From Alphaproteobacteria bacterium (GTDB lineage: Bacteria > Pseudomonadota > Alphaproteobacteria > Bin95): DNA of 64,000 nucleotides. The notes under the pieces were generated by a model. The model saw only the letters and a program-made list of their open reading frames with translations, searched no databases and was not told where the DNA came from. Numbering within the stretch: the stretch's first letter is position 1; each line of letters begins with the position of its first letter. The position numbers were made by a program, and so were the translations under genes. Below, in pieces: positions 43,933-55,054 of the stretch. Location: assembly GCA_963665325.3 (NCBI GenBank), contig CAXXWS020000004.1:256001-320000 (forward strand), in the 5' to 3' direction.

Positions 43933-44583
43933 ATGGCTGAGATTCTCGTCGTCAATCCGAACAGCACCGAGGCCGTGACGGAGGCCATCGACCGGGCGGC
44001 AGAGCCCTTCCGGGTAGCGGGCGGGCCGCAAATCCGGGCGGCGACTAACCGCGCCGGCCCTCCCGGCATTCAGAGCCAGGGCGATGCCGACGGGGTCGTT
44101 CCGCAATTGCGCGAGATGGCGTCGGAAAGCGGTGCGGACGCGCTGGTGCTCGCGTGCTTTTCGGACCCCGGCCTGCATGTCCTGCGCGAGGATACCGGCA
44201 AGCCCGTGGTCGGCATCGCCGAGGCGGGGCTGCTGACGGCGCTCACGCTCGGCGAACGGGTCGGCGTGCTCGCCATCCTTGCGCGCTCGGTGCCGCGCCA
44301 CCTTCGCTATGTCCGCCAGATGGGCCTCGATGCACGGTTCGCCGGCGACCGGCCGGTGGACCTCGAAGTGGTCGAGCTGGCGGACCCGGTGCGCACCCGC
44401 GCCCGCCTGCTGGAGACCGGCCGCGAACTGCGCGACCGGGACGGCGCGGATGTGCTGGTGCTCGGCTGCGCCGGCATGGCCGACCAGCGCCCCGCGCTGG
44501 CCCAGGCTCTCGGCATGCCGATCGTCGAACCAGTCCAGGCCGCCATCGGCATGGCCGTGTCCTCGGTCACGCGGGGCTGGTGA
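43933..44583 (+). CDS. Asp/Glu/hydantoin (allantoin) racemase family
   Basis: ILVVNPNST, ACFSDPG, LGCAGM (two catalytic Cys). Confidence 0.9.
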   Translation: MAEILVVNPNSTEAVTEAIDRAAEPFRVAGGPQIRAATNRAGPPGIQSQGDADGVVPQLREMASESGADALVLACFSDPGLHVLREDTGKPVVGIAEAGLLTALTLGERVGVLAILARSVPRHLRYVRQMGLDARFAGDRPVDLEVVELADPVRTRARLLETGRELRDRDGADVLVLGCAGMADQRPALAQALGMPIVEPVQAAIGMAVSSVTRGW

Positions 44584-44647
44584 GGCCGGCGCGAGCGGAA
44601 CCGGAGTACAGCAGGCCGCATCGCACGGGAAGGCGCGCAACGGGGAC

Positions 44648-44805
44648 TTGACGTACCGAAGGGCGTAGTAAGTTGAGAGCAGAGGAAGGGCGGCTTCGGA
44701 AGCCGCCTTTTCGATTCCGGAGGACGAAGGAGCCTGAGAGGCGTGTCAAAAGCGGCTGGCGGAAGCACGAGGCCTCATGGCAAGACATGACCGGTTCATG
44801 ACATG
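44648..44805 (+). repeat. Dispersed non-coding element, short copy (promoter-like end, hairpin, 3x CATG(A/G)C)
   Basis: Shares cagaggaag(g)gcggc..gccgc and the phased CATGAC triplet with 58268-58695; the hairpin at 44689-44711 could also terminate the racemase gene. Confidence 0.5.
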
Positions 44806-44902
44806 TTTCCCGGCTGCAATCCCGCGGACTCCGGACGGGAACGCCGCGCCCGCTCTCCCGGCGTCCGTTCGAGCGACCGCTCTTTCCCGCCTCGCCGATG
44901 CC

Positions 44903-44932
44903 TTGCGCCCGGAGCGGCGGGGCGGGTATGTT
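44903..44932 (+). promoter_or_regulatory. Promoter of tRNA-Pro
   Basis: TTGCGC-N18-TATGTT, 8 nt before the tRNA. Confidence 0.5.
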
Positions 44933-44940
44933 GGCGGTGT

Positions 44941-45017
44941 CGGAGCGTAGCGCAGTCTGGTAGCGCATCACACTGGGGGTGTGGGGGTCGCAGGTTCGAA
45001 TCCTGCCGCTCCGACCA
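44941..45017 (+). tRNA. tRNA-Pro (GGG)
   Basis: CGGAGCG/CGCTCCG acceptor stem, TCACA-CTGGGGG-TGTGG anticodon arm, GGTTCGAATCC, encoded CCA. Confidence 0.97.
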
Positions 45018-45048
45018 GGCGCGGAGCCGGCTCCCGGAGAGCGTATCC

Positions 45049-45792
45049 ATGGAGCCGCTGACGCTTGCCGTCGCCATTGCCGGCCTGTTCCTCGGCGGTC
45101 TCATCAAGGGCGCCATCGGGCTCGGCATGCCGCTCGTCATGATCTCCGTGCTCGCCATCGTCATGCCGCTCCGCGAGGCGCTGCCGCTGATCGCGGTGTC
45201 GCTTATCGCCGCGAATGTCTGGCAGGTCTGGGCGACCTGGCGCAACCGGCCGGGCCTCAGGCAATTGCTGAGCCTCGTCCTGCCGCTGATGGCAGCTATC
45301 TGGATCTCGTCCGGCTTCATTGCCGAGGGAGACCCGGACCTGCTGAATGCCGTCGTCGGCCTCATCGTCATCGGCTATGTCGTAGTTTCCTGGACACGCT
45401 GGGAACCCCGCCTGCCGGAGCGCCTGGAGCCGGCCGTCACACCTCTGGTCGGCACGGCGGTCGGCGCCGTGGGCGGCGTTACCGGCGTGTTCGGCCCGCA
45501 ACTCGGCGTCTATCTGCTCGCGCTGCGCATGGAGCCGGGCGCCATGGTCGGCCTGCTCGGCTGGACCCTGCTTGCCGGCTCGTCGACGCTTGCGGTGGCG
45601 CTTGCCGGCCACGGCCTGCTCGCGACCGCCGGGGATTGGGCGCTTTCGGCCGCGGCTTTCCTGCCGGCGCTTGCCGGTCTCGTTGCGGGCGGCAGGCTGC
45701 GCGAGGCCATGCCGGTTGGGCGGTTCCGCACGCTCGTCATGGCGGGCCTGCTCGCGCTCGGCATTGCCAACCTGCGCGGTCTCGTGACATGA
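45049..45792 (+). CDS. Sulfite exporter TauE/SafE family membrane protein
   Basis: GGLIKGAIGLGMP, GGVTGVFGP; hydrophobic with multiple TM segments. Confidence 0.83.
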   Translation: MEPLTLAVAIAGLFLGGLIKGAIGLGMPLVMISVLAIVMPLREALPLIAVSLIAANVWQVWATWRNRPGLRQLLSLVLPLMAAIWISSGFIAEGDPDLLNAVVGLIVIGYVVVSWTRWEPRLPERLEPAVTPLVGTAVGAVGGVTGVFGPQLGVYLLALRMEPGAMVGLLGWTLLAGSSTLAVALAGHGLLATAGDWALSAAAFLPALAGLVAGGRLREAMPVGRFRTLVMAGLLALGIANLRGLVT

Positions 45793-46142
45793 AGGCCGCC
45801 ATGTCCCGCCCCTGCCTCCTCTACATGACGGCCGGCGACCGCGAAGAAGCGCTGGCGCTCGCGCGCATGCTGGTGGTCGAGCGGCTCGCCGCCTGCGCCA
45901 ACGTGCTGGGCGCGGCCACTTCCGTCTATCGCTGGGAAGGCGCGGTGCAGGAGGAGGGCGAGGTCGTGCTGGTGGCGAAGACCGTGGAGGACCGGGTAGA
46001 GGCGGCTGCGAGCCGGGTGCGCGAGGCGCACAGCTATGACAGCCCCTGCGTCGTGGCGCTGCCGATCTCCGGCGGCGATGCGGAGTTTCTTTCCTGGGTG
46101 CAGGAGGAGGTGCTGGCTCCGGAAGCGCAGGAGACGCGATGA
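45789..46142 (+). CDS. cutA: Divalent-cation tolerance protein CutA
   Basis: LVVERLAACAN, SVYRWEG, HSYDSPC. Confidence 0.9.
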   Translation: MKAAMSRPCLLYMTAGDREEALALARMLVVERLAACANVLGAATSVYRWEGAVQEEGEVVLVAKTVEDRVEAAASRVREAHSYDSPCVVALPISGGDAEFLSWVQEEVLAPEAQETR

Positions 46143-47389
46143 GAACCGGCCCCTTTCTCTTCCTCTGCGTCGGCCACAGCATCGACCATATCTTCATGCT
46201 GATGTTCATGGCCGTGATCGGCTTCACGGTCGCGCCTTTCTGGGGGCTGACCTACGGCGAACTGGCGCTCCTGTTCACGCCGGCTACCATCATGTTCGGG
46301 CTCGGCAGCCCGCTCGCCGGCTGGCTTGCCGACCGCTGGTCCGGACCCGGCATGATGACGGTGTATTTCGTCGGCATCGGGATCTCCTCCGTATTGACCG
46401 GCTTCGCGGACGGTCCGGTCATGCTGGGCGCCGGCCTGTTCCTTGTCGGCATTTTCGCCTCGATCTACCACCCGGTCGGCATCCCGCTGATCGTGCGCGG
46501 CGCGGGCGACCGCCGCGGGCGTCTGCTCGGCATTAACGGCGTGTTCGGCAGCGCCGGCATGGCGGTGACGCCGATCATCATGAGCGGCCTGCTGGCTGTC
46601 GGCGGCTGGCGGGCGGTGTTCATCGTGCCGGGCCTGGTGGCGATCCTGATCGGCATCGTTTTCCATATGCGGTTCAGGGAAAGCCTGCCGCTGCGCAGGT
46701 CAACGCGGGCCCGGACACCAGCTCCGCAATCGGGGCGCGCGGCGCTCATGGAGATGTGGCGGTCGCAGCCGGAAGCGGAGCGGCGCGATTTTGTGCGCGC
46801 CATGGTCATCCTCGGCATCATCACCGTGGCCACGGGGCTGATCTTCCAGGCGCTTACCAACGGCGTGCCGAAGATCGTCAACCATCGCGTCACCACGTTC
46901 GGCGACGACATCTTCCTGCTTTCGGCGACGGCGTCGGGCATTCTCGTGGTCAGCGGGCTGGCGCAGTTGATCGGCGGCGAGCTGGCCGACCGCTTCCCGC
47001 TGCGCCGGCTCTTCATCGCCGTTTATGCGGGCCTGCCGCCCGCCCTCGCAGCCGCGGCTTTCGCCTATGACATGCCGATGATCGCGGTCTTCACGCTCGC
47101 CACTGCAATCGTTGTCGGCAACCAGCCGATCTCGGACCTGCTGTTCGCGCGCTACATGCCGGAGCAGTGGCTTTCGACGGCCTACGGCATCCGGTTTGCG
47201 CTCTCGCTCGGCAGCGGTGTCGTGGCACTGCCCCTGCTGGGACTCGGGTTCGACTACACCGGCGATTTCGCGCTCCTGTTCTATGCGATGGCGGCGGTGG
47301 CGGTGGTGGTGGTGCTGGCGGCGATGAAGCTGCCGGCAGACGCGAAGGCGGACGCCGCCGCAACGGTTCGGGCGGCGCCGGGCGAATAG
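46139..47389 (+). CDS. MFS transporter
   Basis: GWLADRW, ASIYHPVG, GELADRFP; about 12 TM segments. Confidence 0.88.
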   Translation: MRTGPFLFLCVGHSIDHIFMLMFMAVIGFTVAPFWGLTYGELALLFTPATIMFGLGSPLAGWLADRWSGPGMMTVYFVGIGISSVLTGFADGPVMLGAGLFLVGIFASIYHPVGIPLIVRGAGDRRGRLLGINGVFGSAGMAVTPIIMSGLLAVGGWRAVFIVPGLVAILIGIVFHMRFRESLPLRRSTRARTPAPQSGRAALMEMWRSQPEAERRDFVRAMVILGIITVATGLIFQALTNGVPKIVNHRVTTFGDDIFLLSATASGILVVSGLAQLIGGELADRFPLRRLFIAVYAGLPPALAAAAFAYDMPMIAVFTLATAIVVGNQPISDLLFARYMPEQWLSTAYGIRFALSLGSGVVALPLLGLGFDYTGDFALLFYAMAAVAVVVVLAAMKLPADAKADAAATVRAAPGE

Positions 47390-47394
47390 CGGCC

Positions 47395-48561
47395 GTGGAG
47401 CGCACGCAAGTCGGGATCGTCGGCGCCGGCCCTGCCGGCCTGATGCTCTCCCACCTGCTCGCTCGTGCCGGCATCGAAAGCGTCATTCTGGAGCGCCGCT
47501 CGCGCGACTGGATCGAGGCGCGGGTGCGCGCCGGCCTGCTGGAACAGGGCAGCGTGGACCTGCTCAACCGCACGGGCCTCGGCGCGCGGATGGCGAAACT
47601 GGCGCTCCGCCATCGAGGTATCGAGATTTCGACCGGCGGGCGGCGTCACCATATCGACTTCATGGACATCACCGGCGGCAAGGGCGTCACCGTCTATGCC
47701 CAGCATGAGGTGGTGAAGGACCTGGTGGCGGCGCGTTTGGAGGCCGGGGGCGACCTGCGCTTCGAGGTCGAGGGCGTCGGGCTCGAAGGCATCGGCGGGC
47801 CGGAGCCGCGCCTCGCCTGGCCGGGTGGCACAATCGCCTGCGACTTCATCGCCGGCTGCGACGGCTATCACGGCGTCTCGCGCGCTGCGATCCCGCCCGA
47901 CGCGCTGACGCTCTTCCACCGCGAGTTCCCCTATGCCTGGCTCGGCCTGCTCGGCGAGGCGCCGCCCTTCCAGGACGAGCTCGTCTATGCCCGCCACGAG
48001 GCCGGATTCGCGCTGTTCAGCATGCGCTCGCCCGAGCTGACGCGCGCCTATGTGCAATGCCGGGCGGACGAGGACCCGGAAAAGTGGACGGCCGAAGAGC
48101 TCTGGGACGAGCTCGACCGGCGGCTGGCGGTGCAACTCAACCGGGGGCCGCTGCTGCTGAAGTCGGTGACGCCGATGCGCGCCTTCGTGGCCGAGCCGAT
48201 GCGCTATGGGCGGCTCTTCCTCGCGGGCGACGCCGCCCACATCGTGCCGCCGACAGGGGCCAAGGGCATGAACCTGGCCTTCGCCGATGTGGTGGCGCTG
48301 GCCCGGGCGCTCGTCCATTACTACCGGGAAGGCGACGAGGCGGGCCTCACCGCCTATTCGGAAACCTGCCTTGCGCGCGTCTGGAAGGTGCAGCGCTTCT
48401 CCATGTGGATGACGCGCCTGTTGCACCGCGACCCCGCGCATGACGAATTCGAGCGCCGCCTGCAGGGCGCCGAGCTCGAATACATGCTCGGCTCCGACGC
48501 CGCCCGGCAAAGCCTTGCCGAGAACTACACCGGCCTGCCCCTCGATCTTGAGGGCGTGTAG
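47395..48561 (+). CDS. pobA: 4-hydroxybenzoate 3-monooxygenase
   Basis: GAGPAGL, RVRAGLLEQG, AGCDGYHG, GDAAHIVPPTGAKGMN, AENYTGLP. Confidence 0.92.
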   Translation: MERTQVGIVGAGPAGLMLSHLLARAGIESVILERRSRDWIEARVRAGLLEQGSVDLLNRTGLGARMAKLALRHRGIEISTGGRRHHIDFMDITGGKGVTVYAQHEVVKDLVAARLEAGGDLRFEVEGVGLEGIGGPEPRLAWPGGTIACDFIAGCDGYHGVSRAAIPPDALTLFHREFPYAWLGLLGEAPPFQDELVYARHEAGFALFSMRSPELTRAYVQCRADEDPEKWTAEELWDELDRRLAVQLNRGPLLLKSVTPMRAFVAEPMRYGRLFLAGDAAHIVPPTGAKGMNLAFADVVALARALVHYYREGDEAGLTAYSETCLARVWKVQRFSMWMTRLLHRDPAHDEFERRLQGAELEYMLGSDAARQSLAENYTGLPLDLEGV

Positions 48562-48630
48562 AGGCGGGTAATCCTTGCCCGCGGCGGCCCGGAACGCCAT
48601 AATTCCGTTGACTTCGACAGGAGGCCGCCC

Positions 48631-48984
48631 GTGGCCGCCGACAGTTCCGACGCGCCGCTCAGCGCCGCCGAAATACAGGAATTCCGCCGGCTGATCGCCG
48701 ACGGGCGGCGCTCCGGCCAGGGCTTTCACCCTTTGGCGACCACCCTGGTCGGCGTATTCGCCGCGGGCTTCCTCGCCCTGTTCGGATGGATGGCCTTCCA
48801 GACGCACGCCAGCAGCGCAGCCATCGCCGTGCTGCAAACCGAGGTCGCCGCGCTGCAGGTCGACGTGAAGGAGCTGAAGGCCGGGCAGGAGGAATTGAAG
48901 GCCGGGCAAGCGGAACTGCGGGCCGAAATGCGAGCCGGGCTGCAGGAACTGAAGGCCCTGATTCTGGAACAGCGGCGGGGATAG
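48631..48984 (+). CDS. Small single-TM coiled-coil protein with heptad repeats
   Basis: TTGCCC-N17-CATAAT promoter (48575-48603), AGGAGG RBS, one TM helix, ELKAGQE-ELKAGQA-ELRAEMR. Confidence 0.7.
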   Translation: MAADSSDAPLSAAEIQEFRRLIADGRRSGQGFHPLATTLVGVFAAGFLALFGWMAFQTHASSAAIAVLQTEVAALQVDVKELKAGQEELKAGQAELRAEMRAGLQELKALILEQRRG

Positions 48985-49160
48985 CGCGGGATAGCCTTGC
49001 GAAGGCTTCGCTGCCCCGTCGACGCAGGCGGCCGCTCCAAACGGGCTGCCCCTGTCGCCGGCTGCATATCGAGGGGCGGTCCTTCGATAGGCCCGCCTCC
49101 GACGCGCTGCTCGGGACGAGGGATGGGGAGGCGTGGACGGGCGGTCCGCGCGCAAGACAC

Positions 49161-49269
49161 CCTTACCCTGAGTAGCCGCCCAGCGGCGTATCGAAGGGCC
49201 GCCTGAAGCTGCCGGCAGGGCGGCCCTTCGATACGCGCCCGCTGGCGCGGTCGCTACTCAGGATGAGGG
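49161..49269. repeat. Intergenic palindromic repeat, copy 2 (degenerate partial copy at 49067-49122)
   Basis: ccctgagtagc..gcgtatcgaagggccgcc..ggcggcccttcgatacgc..gctactcaggatgaggg. Confidence 0.8.
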
Positions 49270-49473
49270 GACTGAGGGCCCGGCCGCCGGGCAGGCCGAA
49301 CTGAAGGCCAACCCGATGGAGCAGCGGCGACGTCAAAAAGCTACGTCGAACACTCCAACGATCGACAGCGCCGGATACGGAGAAGATGTTCCTGCGCTGT
49401 AACGTGATACAGAAACCGTCGTAGTCGTTGGAAGCGCCCGAGGTCGAAGGGCGGGCGACCACCCGCCCCCGCA

Positions 49474-50088
49474 CTACTCCGCGTAGAGCCAGGGGCGGGC
49501 TATGCGGTCGGCGGATTCGAAGCTGTCGATGCTCTTCGCGCGCTCCATGGTCATCCCGATATCGTCGAGGCCGTTCAGCAGGCAGTGCTTGCGGAAGGGA
49601 TCGACCTCGAAGGCGATCTCCTCGCCGTCGGGGCGGGTGATGACCTGGTTCTCCAGATCGACGGTGATGCGCGCGTTCTCGCCCCGCTGCGCATCTTCCA
49701 TCAGCTTGTCGCGGTCTTCCGCGGGCAGCTTGATCGGCAGGAGGCCGTTCTTGAAGCTGTTATTGTAGAAGATGTCGGCGAAATCCGTGCCCAGAATGGC
49801 GCGCACGCCGTAGTCGGCCAGCGCCCAGGGAGCGTGCTCGCGCGAGGACCCGCAGCCAAAATTGTCGCCCACCACCAGGATGCCGGCGCCGCGCCAGGCT
49901 GGCTGGTTCAGCACGAAGTCCGGGTTCTCGTTGCCTTCGCCGTCGAAGCGCATGTCGTTGAAAAGGTGCCGGCCGAGGCCCGAGCGCTCGATGGTCCTGA
50001 GGAAGCGCGCGGGGATGATCTTGTCCGTGTCGATATTGATCTGCGGCAGCGGCGCGCCGACGCTGGTCACGGTCTCGTATTTGCGCAT
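49474..50088 (-). CDS. leuD: 3-isopropylmalate dehydratase small subunit
   Basis: [33 protein letters not shown]. Confidence 0.97.
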   Translation of the reverse strand: MRKYETVTSVGAPLPQINIDTDKIIPARFLRTIERSGLGRHLFNDMRFDGEGNENPDFVLNQPAWRGAGILVVGDNFGCGSSREHAPWALADYGVRAILGTDFADIFYNNSFKNGLLPIKLPAEDRDKLMEDAQRGENARITVDLENQVITRPDGEEIAFEVDPFRKHCLLNGLDDIGMTMERAKSIDSFESADRIARPWLYAE

Positions 50089-50105
50089 GGGAACGGTCCC
50101 TTCGT

Positions 50106-51521
50106 CTATCGGTCCAGGTCGCGCAGGTCGGCGAGATGCCCTGCAACGGCGGCGGCGGCGGCCATGGCGGGGCTCACCAGATGGGTGCGTCCGCCCGGAC
50201 CCTGCCGGCCCTCGAAATTGCGGTTGGATGTCGACGCGCTGCGCTCGCCGGGAGCCAGCCTGTCGTCGTTCATCGCAAGGCACATCGAACAGCCCGCGTC
50301 GCGCCACTCGAAACCGGCCTCGACCAAAATGCGGTCGAGCCCCTCTTCCTCCGCCTGCACCTTGACTAGGCCGGAGCCCGGCACCACCAGGGCTCGCACG
50401 CCGTCGGCCACCTTGCGCCCCTGGGCAACGGCCGCTGCGGCGCGGATGTCTTCGATGCGCCCGTTGGTGCAGGAGCCGATGAACACCGTGTCAACGGCGA
50501 TTTCCTGGAGCGGCTGGCCCGCCCGGAGGCCCATATAGTCGATGGACCGTTGCACCGCCTGGCGCCGGTCCTCGTCGTCGATCTCTGCGGGGTCCGGCAC
50601 GCTTGCCGTGATCGGCAGCGCATCCTGCGGGCTGGTGCCCCAGGTGACATAGGGCGCGATCTCGTCGGCGCGAATGCGCACCACCTTGTCATAGACCGCG
50701 CCCGGGTCGGAGGGCAGGCGCTTCCAGACCGCGACCGCAGCATCCCATGCCGCACCCTTGGGCGCATGCGGGCGGCCCTTGAGATAGCCGAAGGTCGTGT
50801 CGTCCGGTGCGATCAGGCCGGCGCGGGCGCCCGCTTCGATCGACATGTTGCAGACGGTCATGCGGCCTTCCATGGAAAGCTCGCGGATCGCCTGCCCGGT
50901 ATATTCGATCACATGGCCGGTGCCGCCGGCGGTGCCGATGCGCCCGATAATGGCGAGGATCAGGTCCTTGGCGGTGCAGCCCGGCGGCAGCGAGCCCTCG
51001 ATATCGACCTGCATGTTGCGCGCCGGGCGCTGGATCAGCGTCTGCGTCGCCAGCACATGCTCGACCTCGGAGGTGCCGATGCCGAAGGCAAGTGCCCCGA
51101 AGGCGCCGTGCGTCGAGGTGTGGCTGTCGCCGCAAACGACCGTCGTGCCCGGCTGGGTCATGCCCTGCTCAGGGCCGATTATGTGCACGATGCCCTGGCG
51201 GACATCGTCTATCGGGTAGTAGGGCACGCCGAACTCGACGACATTGCGCTCCAGTGTCTCGACCTGGATGCGCGATTCCTCGTTCTCGATCACGCCCGCC
51301 CGGGCGCCCGGCACGGTCGGGATGTTGTGGTCGGCAACCGCAATGGTGGCGTCCGGCCGGCGCACGCCGCGCCCGGCGGCGCGAAGTCCGGCAAAGGCCT
51401 GCGGGCTCGTGACCTCATGCACCAGATGGCGGTCGATGTAGATCAGGCAGGTGCCGTCTTCCTGGGTGTCGACCAGATGGTTCGCCCAGATCTTGTCGAA
51501 TAGGGTGCGCGGTTCAGTCAT
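50106..51521 (-). CDS. leuC: 3-isopropylmalate dehydratase large subunit
   Basis: [38 protein letters not shown]. Confidence 0.98.
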   Translation of the reverse strand: MTEPRTLFDKIWANHLVDTQEDGTCLIYIDRHLVHEVTSPQAFAGLRAAGRGVRRPDATIAVADHNIPTVPGARAGVIENEESRIQVETLERNVVEFGVPYYPIDDVRQGIVHIIGPEQGMTQPGTTVVCGDSHTSTHGAFGALAFGIGTSEVEHVLATQTLIQRPARNMQVDIEGSLPPGCTAKDLILAIIGRIGTAGGTGHVIEYTGQAIRELSMEGRMTVCNMSIEAGARAGLIAPDDTTFGYLKGRPHAPKGAAWDAAVAVWKRLPSDPGAVYDKVVRIRADEIAPYVTWGTSPQDALPITASVPDPAEIDDEDRRQAVQRSIDYMGLRAGQPLQEIAVDTVFIGSCTNGRIEDIRAAAAVAQGRKVADGVRALVVPGSGLVKVQAEEEGLDRILVEAGFEWRDAGCSMCLAMNDDRLAPGERSASTSNRNFEGRQGPGGRTHLVSPAMAAAAAVAGHLADLRDLDR

Positions 51522-51924
51522 CGCCGTCGGTCCCGTTCTTCCGTTTCGTCCGTCTCACGACGCCGCGGGTGCGTTCGGCGATACGCGCCGACCGACCGCG
51601 CCGCTCGCGCAGATAGTAGAGCTTGGCCCGGCGCACCCGCCCGCGCCGTATCACCTCGATGCCGGCGATATTGGGCGAGTAGAGCGGGAAGATGCGCTCC
51701 ACGCCCTCGCCGGAGGAAATCTTCCGCACAACGAAGGACGCGTTGAGGTTCTTGCCGCCGCGTTTCGCGATCACCACGCCCTCATAGGCCTGGATGCGCT
51801 CGCGGGTGCCCTCGACCACCTTGTAGTTGACCCGCACGGTATCGCCCGGACGGAAATCCGGAATCTCGCGGCTCTCGGTGAGCCGCGAGATCTGTTCGCG
51901 CTCCAGCGTCTCGATGATGTTCAT
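51514..51924 (-). CDS. rplS: 50S ribosomal protein L19
   Basis: [28 protein letters not shown]. Confidence 0.98.
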   Translation of the reverse strand: MNIIETLEREQISRLTESREIPDFRPGDTVRVNYKVVEGTRERIQAYEGVVIAKRGGKNLNASFVVRKISSGEGVERIFPLYSPNIAGIEVIRRGRVRRAKLYYLRERRGRSARIAERTRGVVRRTKRKNGTDGDD

Positions 51925-52625
51925 CGGCCTTCGTCCTCATTTTCCGCCCGGCGCGCCCAGAGGTCCGGCCGCCGCGTCCGCGTTATGTCTTCCGCCCGCT
52001 CCTGACGCCAGGCGCGGATATTGCAATGATGGCCCGAAAGCAAGACTTCCGGTGCCGCACGCCCGGACCAGACGGCCGGCCGCGTATAGTGCGGGTATTC
52101 CAGCAACCCGCCCTGGAAACTCTCCTCGCGGACCGACTCCGCCTTGCCCGCAACGCCCGGCAGCAGGCGCACACAGGCATCCAGCAGGGCGATGGCCGCC
52201 GGCTCACCGCCGGACAGCACGAAGTCCCCGAGGCTCACCTCCTCCGGCGCCCAAGCGTCGAGGAGGCGCTGGTCGATCCCCTCATAACGCCCGCAGAGCA
52301 GGGTCGGCCCCGCGCCCGCAGCCAGCGCCGCCGCCCGGCGCTGCGTGAGCGGCCGGCCTCGCGGCGAGAGGTGGATCAACGGCCCCCGCCGGTCCCATCC
52401 GGCGTGGATCGCTTCCGACACCACATCGGCCCGCATGACCATGCCGGCGCCCCCGCCGAACGGCGTGTCGTCCACGGTGGCGTGCTTATCGCGCGCAAAG
52501 GCGCGAATGTCCACCACCTCCAGCCGCCAGATGTCCGTTTGGAGCGCCCGCCCGGCGAGCGAATGGCCGAGCGGCCCCGGAAACATCTCCGGGAAGAGCG
52601 TCAGCACTGTTGCGCTCCAGCTCAC
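51921..52625 (-). CDS. trmD: tRNA (guanine37-N1)-methyltransferase
   Basis: [38 protein letters not shown]. Confidence 0.97.
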   Translation of the reverse strand: MSWSATVLTLFPEMFPGPLGHSLAGRALQTDIWRLEVVDIRAFARDKHATVDDTPFGGGAGMVMRADVVSEAIHAGWDRRGPLIHLSPRGRPLTQRRAAALAAGAGPTLLCGRYEGIDQRLLDAWAPEEVSLGDFVLSGGEPAAIALLDACVRLLPGVAGKAESVREESFQGGLLEYPHYTRPAVWSGRAAPEVLLSGHHCNIRAWRQERAEDITRTRRPDLWARRAENEDEGR

Positions 52626-53128
52626 AACCCCTCCGGCGGGTCGATGGTGACGGCGCCTGCGGCCAGGTCGATGTCGGGCACGGTCTCGCGCGTGAAGGGG
52701 AAGACGCGCGGCTGGCCGCCTTCGTCCGGCAGCACCTCGATCAGGTCTCCGGCGCCGAAATCGTGCAGCGCGCGCACCGTGCCCAGCCGGTTGCCGTTCG
52801 TGTCGACCGCGGCAAGGCCGACAAGGTCCGCATGGTAGAACTCTTCCTCGTCCTCCGCCGGAGGCAGCGCCCCCCGGTCGAGGAACAGTTCGACGCCCTT
52901 GAGCGCCTCCGCCCCGTTCCGGTCCCCCACGCCCTTGATGTGCACGAGCGCCACACCCTTCTCGACCCTGATCAGGCGAAGCGCGAAGCGCCGGGCGTCG
53001 GCGGCATCCTTGAGCGGCCCGTACTCGGCAATCGCTTCCGGCGCGGCAGTGAAGGTCTTGACCCGCACCGCTCCTCGCAGCCCGTGCGCCCCGGCAATGA
53101 CGCCGAGGCAGAGGCGGGACGCGTGCAT
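52622..53128 (-). CDS. rimM: 16S rRNA processing protein RimM
   Basis: [35 protein letters not shown]. Confidence 0.96.
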   Translation of the reverse strand: MHASRLCLGVIAGAHGLRGAVRVKTFTAAPEAIAEYGPLKDAADARRFALRLIRVEKGVALVHIKGVGDRNGAEALKGVELFLDRGALPPAEDEEEFYHADLVGLAAVDTNGNRLGTVRALHDFGAGDLIEVLPDEGGQPRVFPFTRETVPDIDLAAGAVTIDPPEGL

Positions 53129-53152
53129 CCTTCGGCTCCGTCCTGCCCGGCT

Positions 53153-53500
53153 CTATTCCGCAGCGGCAGCCTCGGCCTTGGCCTTCATGCGCTCCTGCGC
53201 CTTGGCCTTGGGCAGATGCTGTTTGGTCTGCTGCGGCAATTCGGGCGGGGCGACGATGCCGGCCGCGCCGAGGAACCGGGCCACGCGCTCCGATGGCGTC
53301 GCGCCTACCGAGAGCCAGTGCCGGATGCGCTCTTCCTTGAGTCGCAGCCGGTCTTCGTGGTCCTTTGGTACCATCGGGTTGTAGAAACCGAGGATCTCGA
53401 TGAAACGTCCGTCGCGGGGCGCGGAGCCCTCGGCGACGACGATGCGGTAGAAGGGCCGGCGCTTGGCGCCGCCGCGGGTAAGACGAATCCTGAGTGCCAT
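53153..53500 (-). CDS. rpsP: 30S ribosomal protein S16
   Basis: [27 protein letters not shown]. Confidence 0.98.
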   Translation of the reverse strand: MALRIRLTRGGAKRRPFYRIVVAEGSAPRDGRFIEILGFYNPMVPKDHEDRLRLKEERIRHWLSVGATPSERVARFLGAAGIVAPPELPQQTKQHLPKAKAQERMKAKAEAAAAE

Positions 53501-53536
53501 GAGCTTTCCGTAGGGTGGGAGAGGGAGTAGTCGGGA

Positions 53537-54892
53537 TCAGCGCCGGGCGAGCAGGGAATCGAGCCCCCGGCCCGCCAGGCCGCCGCGTTTCTCCAGCTTG
53601 CCGACGCGCTTCATCATCGTCTGCATCTGCTGGAATTGCTTGAGCATCCGGTTCACTTCCGGGACCGTGGCGCCGGCCCCGGCCGCGATGCGCCGCTTGC
53701 GCGACGCCTTGACGATTTCAGGCCGGGCGCGCTCGCGGGGCGTCATCGAGAGGATGATGGCTTCCTGGCGCACGAGCCAGCGCTCGTCGATCTTCGCCTT
53801 CGCCATCTCGGCCTTCATCCGGCCGACCTGCGGCAGCATTCCCATCAGCCCGTCGAGCCCGCCCATCTTCTTCATCTGGCGAAGCTGTGTCAGCAGGTCG
53901 TTCAGGTCCATGCGGCCGCGGCTGAGGCGCGCGGCCAGCTTCTCGGCCTCTTCCTGCTCGATAGTCTCGGCGGCGCGCTCCACCAGGCCGACCACATCGC
54001 CCATGCCGAGAATTCGCGACGCGATCCGGTCGGGATGGAAGGCCTCGATGCGGTCGAGCTGCTCGCCTGTGCCGACGAACTTGATCGGCCGGCCGGTGAC
54101 ATGGCGCATGGAAAGCGCCGCGCCGCCGCGTGCGTCGCCGTCGATCCGGGTCAGCACGATGCCGGTGACGCCGACCTGCTCGTGAAAGGCGGTGGCGGTG
54201 TTCACCGCGTCCTGGCCGGTCATCGCATCGGCGACCAGCAGCGACTCGACCGGTTTTACCAGGTCGCGCAGCGCGGCCGCCTCTTCCATCATTTCCCGGT
54301 CAATGGACAGCCGCCCGGCGGTATCGAGGAATACGATGTCGTAGCCTTCGCGCGCGGCGATGCGCATGGCACGTTTGGCGATAGCCGCCGGCCGTTCGCC
54401 GAATACGATGGGCAGGGTGTCGATCCCCGCCTGCTTGCCGAGCAGTTCGAGCTGCTGCTGGGCCGCGGGGCGATAGACGTCCACCGAGGCCATGAGCACC
54501 TTCTTGCCGTCGCGGTCGCGCAGGCGGCAGGCGAGCTTGGCGGTGGTTGTCGTCTTGCCCGAGCCCTGCAGGCCCAGCATGAGCATGGCAAGCGGCGGGT
54601 TACCGCCGAGCTTGAGGTCCTCGGCCTCACCGCCCAGCATCTCGACCATCCGGTCGTGGACGATCTTTACGACCTGCTGGCCGGGCGTGACCGAGCGCAG
54701 CACGTCGTGCCCGACGGCCTGTTCCTTGACCGCGTCGAGCAGCGCGCGCACCGCCGGCAGCGCCGCATCGGCTTCCAGCAGGGCCACGCGCACTTCCCGC
54801 AGCGCCGCCTCGACATCGCCCACGGAGAGCGAGCCGCGCCGGGTAAGGCGCCCGAAAACCTCGCCGAGCCGCTCCGTCAGTCCTTCGAACAT
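53537..54892 (-). CDS. ffh: Signal recognition particle protein
   Basis: [22 protein letters not shown] domain SRKRRIAAG. Confidence 0.98.
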   Translation of the reverse strand: MFEGLTERLGEVFGRLTRRGSLSVGDVEAALREVRVALLEADAALPAVRALLDAVKEQAVGHDVLRSVTPGQQVVKIVHDRMVEMLGGEAEDLKLGGNPPLAMLMLGLQGSGKTTTTAKLACRLRDRDGKKVLMASVDVYRPAAQQQLELLGKQAGIDTLPIVFGERPAAIAKRAMRIAAREGYDIVFLDTAGRLSIDREMMEEAAALRDLVKPVESLLVADAMTGQDAVNTATAFHEQVGVTGIVLTRIDGDARGGAALSMRHVTGRPIKFVGTGEQLDRIEAFHPDRIASRILGMGDVVGLVERAAETIEQEEAEKLAARLSRGRMDLNDLLTQLRQMKKMGGLDGLMGMLPQVGRMKAEMAKAKIDERWLVRQEAIILSMTPRERARPEIVKASRKRRIAAGAGATVPEVNRMLKQFQQMQTMMKRVGKLEKRGGLAGRGLDSLLARR

Positions 54893-55054
54893 GCCTGCCT
54901 CATCCTCCCGCCGGTCAAACGCCAAACGCGCCGATGCGCGAATACTCGCGGACCGGCGGACCTCCTCGGAGGCAGAGCGTGCAACGCTGTGGCGAAACGC
55001 GGCGCAACCTAGTCCCGCGCCCGCGCCCCGTCAACGCCCGGTTCCAACTCCGGG

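Noticed and set aside
44941-45017. tRNA-Pro as attachment site for the tandem integrases
   Set aside because: It is 38 kb away, and I found no duplicated tRNA 3' end in the window.
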